Below, piece by piece: positions 16,138 through 25,120 of a DNA stretch of 48,455 bases. This stretch comes from Candidatus Methylomirabilis oxygeniifera. GTDB taxonomy: Bacteria > Methylomirabilota > Methylomirabilia > Methylomirabilales > Methylomirabilaceae. Below the pieces are notes generated by a model that was not told the DNA's origin, did no database searches, and saw nothing but the letters and a program-made list of their open reading frames with translations. The position numbers and the translations under genes are program-made. The number at the start of each line of letters is the position of its first letter. Within the stretch, counting starts at the first letter, position 1. The stretch lies in NCBI GenBank assembly GCA_016190285.1, contig JACPQW010000064.1:1-48455 (forward strand). Reading direction: 5' to 3'.

Positions 16138-16419
16138 TCATTTCACCCCTGCATGGCCGGCAGACGCTCTGAGGAGTGCGACCTGCTCCGCTCGGAGTGT
16201 CGTCTGCGCCGCGATGAGCTCTCCCAGCGCGGCATTTATCCGTTCCTCGACCTGCGTTAGTCGCTCGTACTCAGGCTCGCACAGGCGCCCGTATACGCCA
16301 GTCAGGGTAGCGAGATTTTTACGCGCCCTGAGCAGGTTTCCCGTCAGAGCACCCATCTGCATCCAGAATCCCGCCTCGCCAGGTAGCAGCCGATCTTTCT
16401 CTGTGGTGTCTGCAGTCAT
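16138..16419 (-). CDS. Hypothetical phage protein (coiled coil)
   Basis: GGAGGGG SD; ATGA overlap. Confidence 0.65.
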   Translation of the reverse strand: MTADTTEKDRLLPGEAGFWMQMGALTGNLLRARKNLATLTGVYGRLCEPEYERLTQVEERINAALGELIAAQTTLRAEQVALLRASAGHAGVK

Positions 16420-16601
16420 TCCGCCCCTCCGTGCTCCGCCTGCCGCCCCGCCCGGAACCCCTCGGCGTAGGCCGTTCGCAATGCCTCGGCAACCGCTTCC
16501 CGCGCGACGCGGTATCTGCTCTTGGGCAGGACGCGCCAGTCCTTTTCGATCTGCATGACGACCTCAATTGCCCGCGCGACGGGGTTATGTCTCTCGCTCA
16601 C
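16416..16601 (-). CDS. Hypothetical phage protein (61 aa)
   Basis: GTGA overlap with the upstream stop; GGGGAGGGG SD. Confidence 0.6.
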   Translation of the reverse strand: MSERHNPVARAIEVVMQIEKDWRVLPKSRYRVAREAVAEALRTAYAEGFRAGRQAEHGGAE

Positions 16602-16906
16602 GCCGCCCCCTCCCCATTCGCCTCCCCCGTGATCTCCGTCGCCCGCAGCGAGGCCTCCGCCGCAGCAATCTGTAGTTTCAGATTGCGCCGATATGCTCTC
16701 CACAGCTCGCCGCACCGCATACCCAGCCGGACCCCAAGCGCCGTCGGTTCGGCGTAGCCATACGCCTCCAACACGGCCACGACCCTGGAGATTGAGGCCT
16801 CACTGGTTGCGGCCGCATGGGCTAACGCTGCCTGCGTTGTCCCGCGTTCCCCGGCCTCCGCGATTTTTTCGAGCACTTTCAACAGCAACTCCGTTCCTCG
16901 CGCCAT
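16598..16906 (-). CDS. IclR-like winged-HTH protein
   Basis: LKVLEKIA..GTTQAALAHAAATSEASISRVVAVLEAYGYAE; AGGAGG SD. Confidence 0.8.
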   Translation of the reverse strand: MARGTELLLKVLEKIAEAGERGTTQAALAHAAATSEASISRVVAVLEAYGYAEPTALGVRLGMRCGELWRAYRRNLKLQIAAAEASLRATEITGEANGEGAA

Positions 16907-16915
16907 CGGACCCTC

Positions 16916-17158
16916 CTAACGCCCTCTCGTGATTGATCTTGCTTCTGCGCTCGTGAGTCTAATCGGAGCCAACCCTGCTGCGCGCAGCGCGTTTGGCCAC
17001 GATCCCCAGCGGGCGTAGTAGGCATATGTGCTGGGGTACCCGGGTGTGCGGTCCATATCCCGTCGAGTCGGTGTACGCCGAAGCTGCCGTCTGAGGCGCC
17101 CGATCGCCTCGATCAGTTCCTCGCCCGTATACGTATACCTGGCTTGTTCTCCGCTCAT
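16916..17158 (-). CDS. Stand-alone homing-endonuclease-associated repeat (HNH_repeat-like) protein
   Basis: YTGEELIEAIGRLRRQLRRTPTRRDM..PSTYAYYARWGSWPNALRAAGL. Confidence 0.8.
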   Translation of the reverse strand: MSGEQARYTYTGEELIEAIGRLRRQLRRTPTRRDMDRTPGYPSTYAYYARWGSWPNALRAAGLAPIRLTSAEARSITRGR

Positions 17159-17604
17159 CGTGTCCTCCTCAAGTCCCGCTGTGCCTCCAGAATCTCGCGT
17201 TCCGCCTCCTGCTTCGCGCGCACCGCCCGCCCCAGCCGGATCGCCGTTTCGTCCGCCGGATCGAGCAGAGTGCGGTCGAGCTTTTTCAGCAGCTCTTCGA
17301 CGACAATCGTATTCCCCACGGCCCGACAGAACCCGGCAAGCTGGTCGGCTTTGAGTCGGTATTCGGGTTTCGAGCTAGTGAGCTGGTTCAACAAATCTTC
17401 GGTGATCGTAGTGCCAAGGAAGGTACTGAGGCGAAAGGCCACTTCTAGGCGTTTATAGCGGCTTTGCCGGATGGCCTCGGCCATCGCGGCTTTGACCAAC
17501 GTCATGTCATCGTACGCTCCGGCCTCCTCTGTCAGCTCGTGGGTATCAAACAGGCCGGGCTGTACTGAGGGATCAACCCCAAAACGCCTCCTGCTTTTCG
17601 ACAT
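17155..17604 (-). CDS. Conserved Mu-like early protein (HTH-like)
   Basis: AIRQSRYKRLEVAFRLSTFLGTTITEDLLNQLTS..FCRAVG; GAGGGG SD. Confidence 0.75.
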   Translation of the reverse strand: MSKSRRRFGVDPSVQPGLFDTHELTEEAGAYDDMTLVKAAMAEAIRQSRYKRLEVAFRLSTFLGTTITEDLLNQLTSSKPEYRLKADQLAGFCRAVGNTIVVEELLKKLDRTLLDPADETAIRLGRAVRAKQEAEREILEAQRDLRRTR

Positions 17605-17704
17605 TGACTGCCCCTCACCGCCAGGCTACGCTGGCTATGCGATGGATGTTGAAAGTCTCTTGCGGATGGGGTATCGTGTCCTGGATGGTGGGCCGATGCA
17701 TCGA

Positions 17705-17956
17705 TTAGGCCGCCTTACTGGTGTGGCTATTGTCCGGCCAGAGCGCGTCCACGCTGGTGTGCAGCGCCTCCGCGATCGCTCGCCTGACGCGGGGCGACGG
17801 CCTTCGGCCATTGATGACGTGAGAGACGAGCGATGGGCTGACACCTAGACGTTGTGCGATCTGTCTAAAGCTGAGCCCCGCCTCGATGACGCGGGCTTTG
17901 ACGAAGCGCCCCTGTGCGCGTCTTTTTTGCTGTAATATCGTCGCGTTGTTGAGCAT
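17705..17956 (-). CDS. Ner/Cro-like HTH regulator
   Basis: GLSFRQIAQRLGVSPSLVSHVINGRRPSPRVRRAIAEAL...LWP; divergent from the repressor. Confidence 0.88.
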   Translation of the reverse strand: MLNNATILQQKRRAQGRFVKARVIEAGLSFRQIAQRLGVSPSLVSHVINGRRPSPRVRRAIAEALHTSVDALWPDNSHTSKAA

Positions 17957-17962
17957 GGGTGG

Positions 17963-17992
17963 AGTCTATGGCATCGTGTACTAGCGTGTCAA
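17963..17992 (-). promoter_or_regulatory. Early (Pe-like) promoter, probably leaderless
   Basis: TTGACA-18 nt-TAGACT, then 6 nt to the Ner ATG; no SD. Confidence 0.75.
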
Positions 17993-18024
17993 GTACAAAA
18001 TGTCATAACTGGAGATTTTTAATT

Positions 18025-18660
18025 ATGATGGACGTGGCTAGCATTATCGATCGACTAAAGACAGCGATTGGCGCCACCAGCGACTCAGACCTTGCCCGCA
18101 GGCTGTCCATTCCACAGGCGACATTAGCTAAATGGAAGACGCGAGGGGTTATCCCGCAGAAACGCATAGAGTTGTTGGCGGCTAAGATTGGCTGCAGCCC
18201 TGATTGGCTGCTTACAGGTCAGGAGTCTGAGGATACTGCTTTGTGGGAGCTCCGGCAGACGTTAGATGCGCTATCTGAGATCATAACCAAACACCCCGAG
18301 TTGAAAACCAGGGCAAGTCGAATTTATTCTGGGATGGTCGACGCCATCCACGATGCACAAATGGAATCCTATTGCCTCCTTGATCGTGACATAAGTGGTC
18401 CAGCCAGGCCCGGAGACGAAGAAATACCCGCTGTGCTGCAGTGGGTTCAATGGAATCGACGTGTAGCCCAGTTTCTTAATAGCGCCTCACCAGAGGAGCG
18501 CAACACCGTCCAGCGGCTTATCGCTGGCCTGCGGGCATCCAGCGACGTGCGGAACCACCTCATTGGACAACTCAGGCTCATCGAGGAATTAGTACAGGCT
18601 AAAAAGGGGGCCGCCCCCGGTGAAGCGAAAGATCCGACGCCGCATGCGAAGGCGGGCTGA
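18025..18660 (+). CDS. Prophage repressor (CI-type HTH, no S24 peptidase domain seen)
   Basis: IIDRLKTAIGATSDSDLARRLSIPQATLAKWKTRGVIP...CSPDWLLTGQ. Confidence 0.88.
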   Translation: MMDVASIIDRLKTAIGATSDSDLARRLSIPQATLAKWKTRGVIPQKRIELLAAKIGCSPDWLLTGQESEDTALWELRQTLDALSEIITKHPELKTRASRIYSGMVDAIHDAQMESYCLLDRDISGPARPGDEEIPAVLQWVQWNRRVAQFLNSASPEERNTVQRLIAGLRASSDVRNHLIGQLRLIEELVQAKKGAAPGEAKDPTPHAKAG

Positions 18661-18697
18661 CGGGGTGATCGAGATCGTGGTCTTACAGGTGGGATAG

Positions 18698-18949
18698 ATG
18701 GTGCGGCAATTTCTGTTCGCGGCGGCCGCGCTTTGGTATATCCTGATCGAGGGCCTTGTTCTCGGCACCGCATCGGCCCACCGGTCCGGTTGCCACAGGT
18801 GGCACACGTGCCCGTCGGACCGTGGGACATATGCGGAAAAGGCGGCCCCCACGGCCCGCGTCCGTCATCCTCGTAGCAGCAACCAGTCGAGGACGCGAAG
18901 CTCAAGGACCGCGTCGAGTAGTTTGCGCACGCCTAGAGGTGATAAATGA
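18698..18949 (+). CDS. Small secreted His/Cys peptide (HRSGCHRWHTCPSD motif)
   Basis: Signal peptide ending ASA-H; His/Cys motif; ATGA-coupled to the next gene. Confidence 0.65.
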   Translation: MVRQFLFAAAALWYILIEGLVLGTASAHRSGCHRWHTCPSDRGTYAEKAAPTARVRHPRSSNQSRTRSSRTASSSLRTPRGDK

Positions 18950-19398
18950 AGGTTCCCGCATTAGCGGTCTTTCTGACTTTCTCCCTTGTATTTCTTGTTG
19001 TTGCGGTTGCGCGCCCTGAAAATCCAGTCGATGTTAGGGCTATTTACCGGGAGGTTGCTGATATTGAGTTTGCATCGTTTGCCGCTATAAGGTTTAATGA
19101 TTTCTCGGCGCACACGGCGGCAATGGCCCGTGCGGATAGGTTGATACATCACCTCGAAGCGGTCGAGAGCCGCTCCACAATTCCCCCCGCGGAACATCCA
19201 TTTCATGTCTGCCTCATAGCGACGCGCTTGTTAAAGGATAACCGGGTCTATGAGTGGGCTGCTACACGCAGCCGTCGTCAGTCCCCTGGAGAACACGGGC
19301 GATACGGTGAGGAGACTGTGCAGACGAGCACGGCCATCGATGAGTGTCGTGCTGCATCGATCGCTGCATTCAAACCGCTCCATCGACGGCGGCCTTGA
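18946..19398 (+). CDS. Secreted/periplasmic cargo protein, paralog 1
   Basis: Hydrophobic signal; HPxxxCL...EW...ECR pattern; GAGGTG SD. Confidence 0.7.
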   Translation: MKVPALAVFLTFSLVFLVVAVARPENPVDVRAIYREVADIEFASFAAIRFNDFSAHTAAMARADRLIHHLEAVESRSTIPPAEHPFHVCLIATRLLKDNRVYEWAATRSRRQSPGEHGRYGEETVQTSTAIDECRAASIAAFKPLHRRRP

Positions 19399-19494
19399 GA
19401 TCGTGGTGGCGTCCGCAACCGCCTCGCTATATATTAATGATGAGTTGCGCGGCTCTTAGGTTCTGCAATCGTCTTGCGGTGAGGAGGGTATGCG

Positions 19495-19875
19495 GTGTGG
19501 TGGTTGGTGGTACTGGCAACCGTGATCCCTATAGCTGATCGCCCTGGCGATCTCACGCCACCGTCGGCCTACCTACAGATCACCAATATCGATGCATTAT
19601 ACTCGATGTCCGGCCGTGATCCGGACATGCGCCGCGGCGCTGAGCAGATGATGGATGAGTTGATCAATCGGCTACAGCGTGTGCCTGGGATTAACGACCC
19701 CTACGCCGATCATCCTCTTCGCCCGTGCCTCCGGGCGGCGGTACTCACGCGGCAGAGCCGGAGACTCGAGTGGGAGCGCATCATCAGTCGCATTCCGGAC
19801 GATGGTCTTCGCTGGGCTGGCCGAGCCGCCGGCGACGCCGCCCGAAAAGCGCTGGCGGAATGCCGACCACTGTAA
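19495..19875 (+). CDS. Secreted/periplasmic cargo protein, paralog 2
   Basis: GAGGAGG SD, GTG start; short hydrophobic N-terminus; same HPxxxCL...EW...ECR pattern. Confidence 0.7.
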   Translation: MWWLVVLATVIPIADRPGDLTPPSAYLQITNIDALYSMSGRDPDMRRGAEQMMDELINRLQRVPGINDPYADHPLRPCLRAAVLTRQSRRLEWERIISRIPDDGLRWAGRAAGDAARKALAECRPL

Positions 19876-20431
19876 CTGCCCAACGATCCGCCGCCGCGTT
19901 TTTGGATTTGTAACCGTCTTGCAGTCTCGCAGATTATTTATCAACATCCAGTTCACACCCGCGCGCGGCGTCTTTTGCTGTAACTCTCTTTCAGTATTGA
20001 TACAATTCCGTATCACTTCGTTAATCTCCTCAAAGTCATTTCCGGCAACTTAGATGCTACTACCCCCATTTAGTCCTCGTTCTCTTCAGGGAGAGCGCCA
20101 GGGCTGGTCCTCCCAAGCGGCAGCGGGCTCAAGGCGAAGCGATGCTGCGGGGCTAGGACGTCGGCGGTGTTGAGGGACTTGGCGGTGGTCTCTGTGCGGG
20201 GCGGGGCCGATGGCTCTCGTTCGCGTCGGCATGAGCAGGCCATCGGCACTGCCGGGATAGGTGGGACGGACGGGCAGAGTGCATCCCCGTTATGTCCATG
20301 GGCTCCCGCCCATCCGCATCATGAGGAATGCGAGGTCGCCGGATCGGAGGGCCGGGTCCGGCAACGGTTGGGAGGCGCGAGTGCTCGCAACACCCCATTG
20401 CTACAGATCAATCCGGATAGCCGAAAAAGAC

Positions 20432-20462
20432 AATGGGCAGGAAGGAGACCTTCCTGCCCATT
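20432..20462 (-). terminator. Intrinsic terminator downstream of smbP
   Basis: 14-bp perfect stem aatgggcaggaagg/ccttcctgcccatt, followed on the minus strand by gtctttttc. Confidence 0.8.
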
Positions 20463-20488
20463 TCATGTCTTTGCAGAGAGAGGCGTTC

Positions 20489-20827
20489 TTACTTCACAGC
20501 GTTGAGGTGCTCGAGCGCCCCTGCAGCGGCCTTGCCGGCGACATCGGCGTGTCCCGCCTTACCGTGCTCGACGGCCTCTTTCAACCCCTTGATGGCCGCA
20601 GCGGTGTGGTCGTTGGGCTTTGCCTTCTGGGCTGCCTCGGCATGCTGCAAGGCTGCCGTTGCGTGCTCTACCACCACATTCGCATGCCCGGCTTTACCGT
20701 GCTCGACGGCCGCCTGGGTGTGCTCGATCGCCTCGGCCTCATGGGTCTTTGCAGCCCACGACAGGCCATTCCCGACAAAGGTCATTACCCCAAGAGCTAG
20801 TACTGCTGCTGCAAGCCTCCGCCTCAT
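20489..20827 (-). CDS. smbP: Small metal-binding protein SmbP
   Basis: Signal peptide; repeated EAIEHxxxAVEHGKAGHA His-heptad helices. Confidence 0.88.
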   Translation of the reverse strand: MRRRLAAAVLALGVMTFVGNGLSWAAKTHEAEAIEHTQAAVEHGKAGHANVVVEHATAALQHAEAAQKAKPNDHTAAAIKGLKEAVEHGKAGHADVAGKAAAGALEHLNAVK

Positions 20828-20925
20828 CCTGACCTCCTCCTCGTGATAGGTTGCCCACATTTTCCCTTGACGCGCTAGTTCCGTCCCTTGATGCTCCTGA
20901 AACCATCATGGTGCAGAAGCAGGTA

Positions 20926-20955
20926 ACTGTATCATGGAGATTTTTCAAGTGTCAA
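20926..20955 (-). promoter_or_regulatory. Sigma70-like promoter for smbP
   Basis: TTGACA-18 nt-TACAGT with extended -10 TG. Confidence 0.6.
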
Positions 20956-21001
20956 GGTGTGGGAGAATTTCGGCGTTCACCGCTGATCAGTTCGCCAAGG
21001 C

Positions 21002-22537
21002 TCAGAGCCACTTGACATGCCACCAGCGGATGAGCCCGGTCACGACCAGCGTCGTGGCCAGGACAGCAAAAAGATCATTTAGCCACTTCCAGTGCTGCCA
21101 GAAGATCAGCCCGTCGTGAAGTTGCCTCAGGACGTAGTACCACGGCACGCCATCCTCCTGAGGCTGGGTCAGCTCCATTTGACCACGAACCTGACCCGAC
21201 CGATCCGTCATCACGACCGTCTTTCCGTGATGGAGCCATCCGAGCTGACCGTCCCCTAGCTGCGTGACGTCGCCTGTCAGGTGAGCATGCGTATCCGAGA
21301 GCGTGAGCCACCCGGCCCCGTCTTGCTGCTTAAGATAACTGTTGATGCCCATCCAGCCGCCGATATAGAGCGACTCCCCGAAGCGGCGAAGCCTCCTGGC
21401 CGCTGCTATTCGCTCGGCACCAGCCTGCTCCGCAGACCAGGTGCGTCCTCCATTCTCTGATGTAAAGAGCCCAACCCGAGTCCCGATGGACAGCTTCTCC
21501 GGTTGACCCGGATACCCGATCACCGCCTCAATCCACCCATCCCACACATTGAGATGGTACACAGGCGGATGTAAGACCGAGTGAACTTGCACCCGTCCCA
21601 GCCATTCGCGTAGCTCCTTGATATGACCAAAGAACATACCGGTGATGGTGAGATAGAGGAGCGGTAGAGCGACGCAGAGTCCGATTAACGGCCCATGGAG
21701 GCGGAACAGCCAGATGACGGTCTTGCGTTTGGTTTTGGTGCGAACGTGACCGCCGTGTCGGCGGCGGTGCCGCCAGTACTTGGGGAAGCCCCAATAGAAC
21801 ACCCCGCTCAGTGTCAGAGCACACAGACCAAGGCCCGCCAGATCGTTCAGCAGGAGCGAGGTACTTTCGGCGAAGAGTCCACGTCCGACGTGTAGGTCCA
21901 TGATCAATCGCCGCAGGGGAATCTGGTTCGGCAGCGCGTCGTTCGGTGGTGTGTCTAGGGAGAACCAACTCGGACGATCTGGTTGGTCGGTGTGCAGCCT
22001 GAATACCCGGCTTCGGTCCGCCACTCCATACAGCTCCCGATCGCCTGCCCCCGCCGAGAGCGCCGTAATTCGCAGATCTGTCATGCCTGCTTTCGCGAGC
22101 GTTCTGCCGCCATCCTCTGATATCCATAACCCGTCATCCGTGCCGATCCAGAGTCGATCCCAGCCACGTACCGGATCCGGTTCGACAGCAAAGATCTGGA
22201 GACGCTCGCCCTCATCCCCGATCACCCGTGTCTGCCGCCAGGTTTTGGCCCCATCCTCCGTGACCCATAATCCACGCGGTCCTGCAGCGACCTGATGCGT
22301 CGGCCGATGGGGGTTGACCTGGAAGAGCTGAATTACGGTCCGACTGAGGCTTCTGACCGATTCAGGCATCAGGCGTTCCGGGACGGTCGAAAACCACATC
22401 CATCGCCACTCCTTGTGATCGAGGAGGAAACCGGTCATCCCGAGCACACACAGCCAGACAGCCGAGATCAGACCCGCCCATTTGTGGAGCTTGAGGAGAG
22501 TAATCCTCTGGTACCAGCGAGTTCGTGTTCTGAACAT
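21002..22537 (-). CDS. PepSY-associated TM-helix protein with BNR/Asp-box periplasmic repeats
   Basis: LHKWAG, DLHVG, RLHG and QLHDG TM histidines; TEDGAKTW, SEDGGRT and SENGGRTW Asp-boxes. Confidence 0.85.
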   Translation of the reverse strand: MFRTRTRWYQRITLLKLHKWAGLISAVWLCVLGMTGFLLDHKEWRWMWFSTVPERLMPESVRSLSRTVIQLFQVNPHRPTHQVAAGPRGLWVTEDGAKTWRQTRVIGDEGERLQIFAVEPDPVRGWDRLWIGTDDGLWISEDGGRTLAKAGMTDLRITALSAGAGDRELYGVADRSRVFRLHTDQPDRPSWFSLDTPPNDALPNQIPLRRLIMDLHVGRGLFAESTSLLLNDLAGLGLCALTLSGVFYWGFPKYWRHRRRHGGHVRTKTKRKTVIWLFRLHGPLIGLCVALPLLYLTITGMFFGHIKELREWLGRVQVHSVLHPPVYHLNVWDGWIEAVIGYPGQPEKLSIGTRVGLFTSENGGRTWSAEQAGAERIAAARRLRRFGESLYIGGWMGINSYLKQQDGAGWLTLSDTHAHLTGDVTQLGDGQLGWLHHGKTVVMTDRSGQVRGQMELTQPQEDGVPWYYVLRQLHDGLIFWQHWKWLNDLFAVLATTLVVTGLIRWWHVKWL

Positions 22538-22690
22538 TGCTGTCACGCTTGTGTTGCCATCTACTCGCGCCGTGCCGAGGAGCAAGCAGATCGAGGCCCG
22601 AGCGAGGAGAGCACCGGAGGTGTACGCGGTTGTACAGTGAGGATGCCCGACGACCGAGAACGAGGAGATGCGCCGCTTCTCGGCATGGCG

Positions 22691-25063
22691 CTAGAACCTG
22701 AGCTTGAGGCCGGCGAAGTAGGATCGCGGCTGGCCGGCGAAAAATGCCTGCTTGGACGTCGCCAGATTGGCCGGCGTATCGCTGAGCGCATCGGCCACGA
22801 CGTTGGCGCTGGCGATGTAGGTCGCGTCGAACAGATTCTGAATCTCAAAGAAGGCTGACAGCGATCGGACGTATGGGATCGTGACCTCCCGGTCGTAATG
22901 GAGATTCAGGTTGACCAGTTGGTAGGGCAACGTCTTCAGCGTGTTGCTGTTGTTCACGAAGAAATCGTCCAGCCAGTTGACCTCGATCCAGCCGCCCACC
23001 CCACGCCACCATTCACTGTGATGGCTGGTGTCGTACGCGATCCTCGCGTTCAGAATATGGCGCTCAACGCCCGGGATTGTATTGCCGCTCCGATCGAAAC
23101 TCTGACACCCTGTACTGGAGCAGATATTCTCCGTAAACTCTGTGTAGATGTGGTCGTTGAAGGTGTAAGCGGTTGATACCTTCGCCCCCGCGAATGGCCG
23201 CCAGGCCAGCTCCACCTCGATCCCGCGATGCTCGGCGTTGGGGGCGTTGCTGGTAAAGGACGACAGGCCCGCGCCGGGCGACTGCCTGACGAATTCGTTG
23301 AAGAAGAACTCGTAGTAGCCCGTCAGGCTCGCCGTGAGCGTCGGCAGGGGTCGGACATCGATCCCCAGCTCCACCCCCACATTCCGTTGCGGCTTCAAGC
23401 CGGTATTGTTCCCTGCGAGCCCTGTCGTGGCCGTGGTCAGATCGCTGATCCCCGGGATGCCGTAGGCGGTCGCTACCCGTCCACGGAACTGGAGGTCCCG
23501 GTTCACGCGATAGATCACCCCTGCCTCCGGCGCCACATTGATGAAGTCGCGACGCACATCGATGCTGCTGAGCGGGGTGGTCGTACTGTTGCGGGACCGG
23601 ACTTCGGCTCGGATCTCCGAGCCCTCCACACCCACCCCGAGGTACCCGGTCCATTGCGGCGAGAACCGGACCTCCTCCCGCGCTCGACCCCCGATATTGC
23701 GGATGTGGCCCCTGGAATTCGCCTGCAAATCGCCGCGAGTGCCTCGGCCGTCGGCCAGGTTAAAAAAGGTACTCGATTCCTGCTCGATGCGATTGAAGAA
23801 GAAGCCGGTATAATGCTTCGCCGCGAGACCCCACAGGGTCCCTTCCCGGGTAATGTCGGCATAGGTGTTAAAGCTCGGGTTCTCGTTGTCACCTATCGTT
23901 CCGAAGGTCTGGTTAATGTCCTTGAGGTCGTAGGTCCCCAGAAGGCGGAACCCGGTCTGCGCGTCCAGTTGCTGCTCGTATCGGGCGCCGGCAATCGTGC
24001 GATTATCGTTTCTCCCCTGGTCTGCCTGCTGGGGGGTGACGAAGCCGAGGCCAGTCACAAAGGTTCGCCCCGCGCCCCGTGGATTGGCTCGAAACTCCGC
24101 CAGCGTCAGCCGGCTCGGCACCTTGCTGTCAATGTCAGTATTGATAAACTTCAGCGTGATCGATCGCTTCTCATCCGGGGTAAAGGTGGCCAACAGATTT
24201 TCGGTGGTAGTGTTGAACTTACTGTGGGCCAGGAAGCCGTCACCCCGAACGTGGCTGCCAAAGAGGGAGTATTCGAGCTTGTCGAGCTGATCTCCGATCT
24301 GGACGTAATGATTCGAGTAGCCGAAACTCCCGCCTTCATTCCCCACCTCAAACCCTCGAATGTCGCGCCCTTTGCGGGTACGGAAGTTGACCACGCCCCC
24401 GAGGGCGTAGTTGTCATAGAGTGACGATGAGGGGCCTCGCAGGACATCGACCCCTTCATAGGCGTGGGGATCGTTCAGGTCTGTGCGCGAGAGGCCGTCC
24501 GGTTGGGTGACTGGAAACGAGTCATCGAAGACCTTGATGTTCCGAATGCCGAAGGCGGTCTTGGCGCCGGACCCTCGAATAGAGATGCTCACATCACGGG
24601 GTCCGTTGCTCTCCTTAAGGGTGACCCCTGGGATGGCCTCGACCAACTCCTTGACGCTGAACGCCCGAGCATGCTCGATGTCCTCCTGTTCTACCGTGCT
24701 GGCGGCTCGGCCAACAGATTTCTCCTCCATCCTGGTAGCGAGTACTCTGACCGGCTCCAGGGCAAGCGGCTGTCCTGGCGTCGGACTCGACGCCTGCTCC
24801 GTCGGTGGAGCTTGGGTGGAGGGCATCCCTTCAACCTTCTCTGCCTCATCGAGCGACGACAGCTCCTTCTCGATCTGCTCCAACTGGCGCAGCAGCTCTT
24901 CACGTCGCTGGGCCTTCTGAGTGGCTTGCTGAGGATCCGGGCCGGCTCTAAGCTGGGCCCAAACAACTCTTTCACCCGCGAAGGCGCCCCATGTGAGCAG
25001 CATTGCCAGCCCGACAAGGGCTGCTATACGCCTGCACGTGCGTCTGTACCTGCGTCTTCCCAT
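22691..25063 (-). CDS. TonB-dependent receptor
   Basis: Plug motifs IPGV, ISIRG, VDVLRGPSSSLY and GGVVNF; NLFD..Y; C-terminal PRSYFAGLKLRF. Confidence 0.95.
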   Translation of the reverse strand: MGRRRYRRTCRRIAALVGLAMLLTWGAFAGERVVWAQLRAGPDPQQATQKAQRREELLRQLEQIEKELSSLDEAEKVEGMPSTQAPPTEQASSPTPGQPLALEPVRVLATRMEEKSVGRAASTVEQEDIEHARAFSVKELVEAIPGVTLKESNGPRDVSISIRGSGAKTAFGIRNIKVFDDSFPVTQPDGLSRTDLNDPHAYEGVDVLRGPSSSLYDNYALGGVVNFRTRKGRDIRGFEVGNEGGSFGYSNHYVQIGDQLDKLEYSLFGSHVRGDGFLAHSKFNTTTENLLATFTPDEKRSITLKFINTDIDSKVPSRLTLAEFRANPRGAGRTFVTGLGFVTPQQADQGRNDNRTIAGARYEQQLDAQTGFRLLGTYDLKDINQTFGTIGDNENPSFNTYADITREGTLWGLAAKHYTGFFFNRIEQESSTFFNLADGRGTRGDLQANSRGHIRNIGGRAREEVRFSPQWTGYLGVGVEGSEIRAEVRSRNSTTTPLSSIDVRRDFINVAPEAGVIYRVNRDLQFRGRVATAYGIPGISDLTTATTGLAGNNTGLKPQRNVGVELGIDVRPLPTLTASLTGYYEFFFNEFVRQSPGAGLSSFTSNAPNAEHRGIEVELAWRPFAGAKVSTAYTFNDHIYTEFTENICSSTGCQSFDRSGNTIPGVERHILNARIAYDTSHHSEWWRGVGGWIEVNWLDDFFVNNSNTLKTLPYQLVNLNLHYDREVTIPYVRSLSAFFEIQNLFDATYIASANVVADALSDTPANLATSKQAFFAGQPRSYFAGLKLRF

Positions 25064-25120
25064 CGTTGTCTCCTCCTGTATGAACGTTCATGGGGCTGCC
25101 TGTGAGAATCAGGCCGACCC

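Larger units (their letters stand above)
1..20068 (-). mobile_element. Mu-like (transposable, B3-type transposase plus ExeA-like ATPase) prophage, repressor-proximal part; continues beyond the left window edge
   Basis: Mu-like gene order: repressor/Ner, DDE transposase, AAA ATPase, Gam, GemA, lysis, TerS, TerL, portal, MuF. End inferred at ...TACTACCCCCA (CA at 20067-20068), after an AT-rich non-coding stretch and before host-type genes. Target-site duplication cannot be checked because the other end is outside the window. Confidence 0.9.

Noticed and set aside
20074-20430. Short ORFs between the prophage end and the smbP terminator
   Set aside because: No frame gives a recognisable protein or a convincing SD; left unannotated.
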